Positions 63,826 to 64,000 of a DNA stretch of 64,000 nucleotides are shown here, piece after piece. A program made the translations under genes and the position numbers. Each line of letters opens with the position of its first letter. The first letter of the stretch is position 1. The stretch is from Chiloscyllium plagiosum. Taxonomy: Eukaryota. The stretch spans positions 7,543,135-7,607,134 of the forward strand of contig NC_057719.1 in assembly GCF_004010195.1 (NCBI RefSeq), in the 5' to 3' direction. A model generated the notes under the pieces. The model did not search any database and was not told the origin of the DNA. It saw only the letters and a program-made list of their open reading frames with translations.

Positions 63826-64000
63826 TTGATTAGATTAGATTAGATTAATTCCCTACAGTGTGGAAACAGGCCCTTTGGTGCAACAAGTCCACACCTACCC
63901 TCCGAAGAGTAAGTCCCATTTCCCTCTGACTGTTGCACCTAACACTATGGGCAATTTAGCATAGCCAATTCACCTGACTGCACATCTTTGGACTGTGGGA
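63826..64000 (-). mobile_element. HE1-type SINE 3' part, cut by the window end
   Basis: (gatta)n tail followed by HE1 3' sequence. Confidence 0.88.

Larger units (their letters stand above)
56138..64000 (+). other. GTF2A1 intron 1 (runs beyond the window)
   Basis: GT donor at 56138; no PKLYRSVIEDV-encoding exon recognised downstream. Confidence 0.65.

Noticed and set aside
56138..64000. Intronic H/ACA snoRNA (human GTF2A1 hosts SNORA79, from recall)
   Set aside because: No convincing hairpin-H-hairpin-ACA structure was seen by eye; an Infernal search would be needed.

Overview
This is eukaryotic DNA, almost certainly from a cartilaginous fish (shark), judging by HE1-type V-SINEs with CR1 tails, Deu-domain SINEs and very dense CR1 LINEs. 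Most of the window is decayed retroelement sequence: many CR1 fragments including one near-full-length copy, Rex1/Babar, RTE and L2-like remnants, three SINE families, and Penelope-like elements (PLEs) of Poseidon and Neptune type. The only host gene I can support is the 5' end of GTF2A1 (TFIIA alpha/beta). It has a CpG-rich TATA promoter at about 55.7-56.0 kb and a first coding exon MASSANSNPV at 56108-56137. Everything upstream appears intergenic and everything downstream appears to be intron 1. The most notable structure is a set of more than ten minimal hammerhead-ribozyme motifs carried by at least four PLE-type terminal-repeat families, often as short fold-back inserts with 7-16 bp target-site duplications (TSDs). 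Also notable are a non-coding element with a Rex1-like tail and an internal 29-bp minisatellite inside a 1.0-kb tandem duplication, a 52-bp templated insertion in a GIY-YIG ORF, and a 100-bp inverted-repeat pair. There is an N gap at 38809-39275. All family names come from recognition by eye rather than a database search, and repeat boundaries are approximate.
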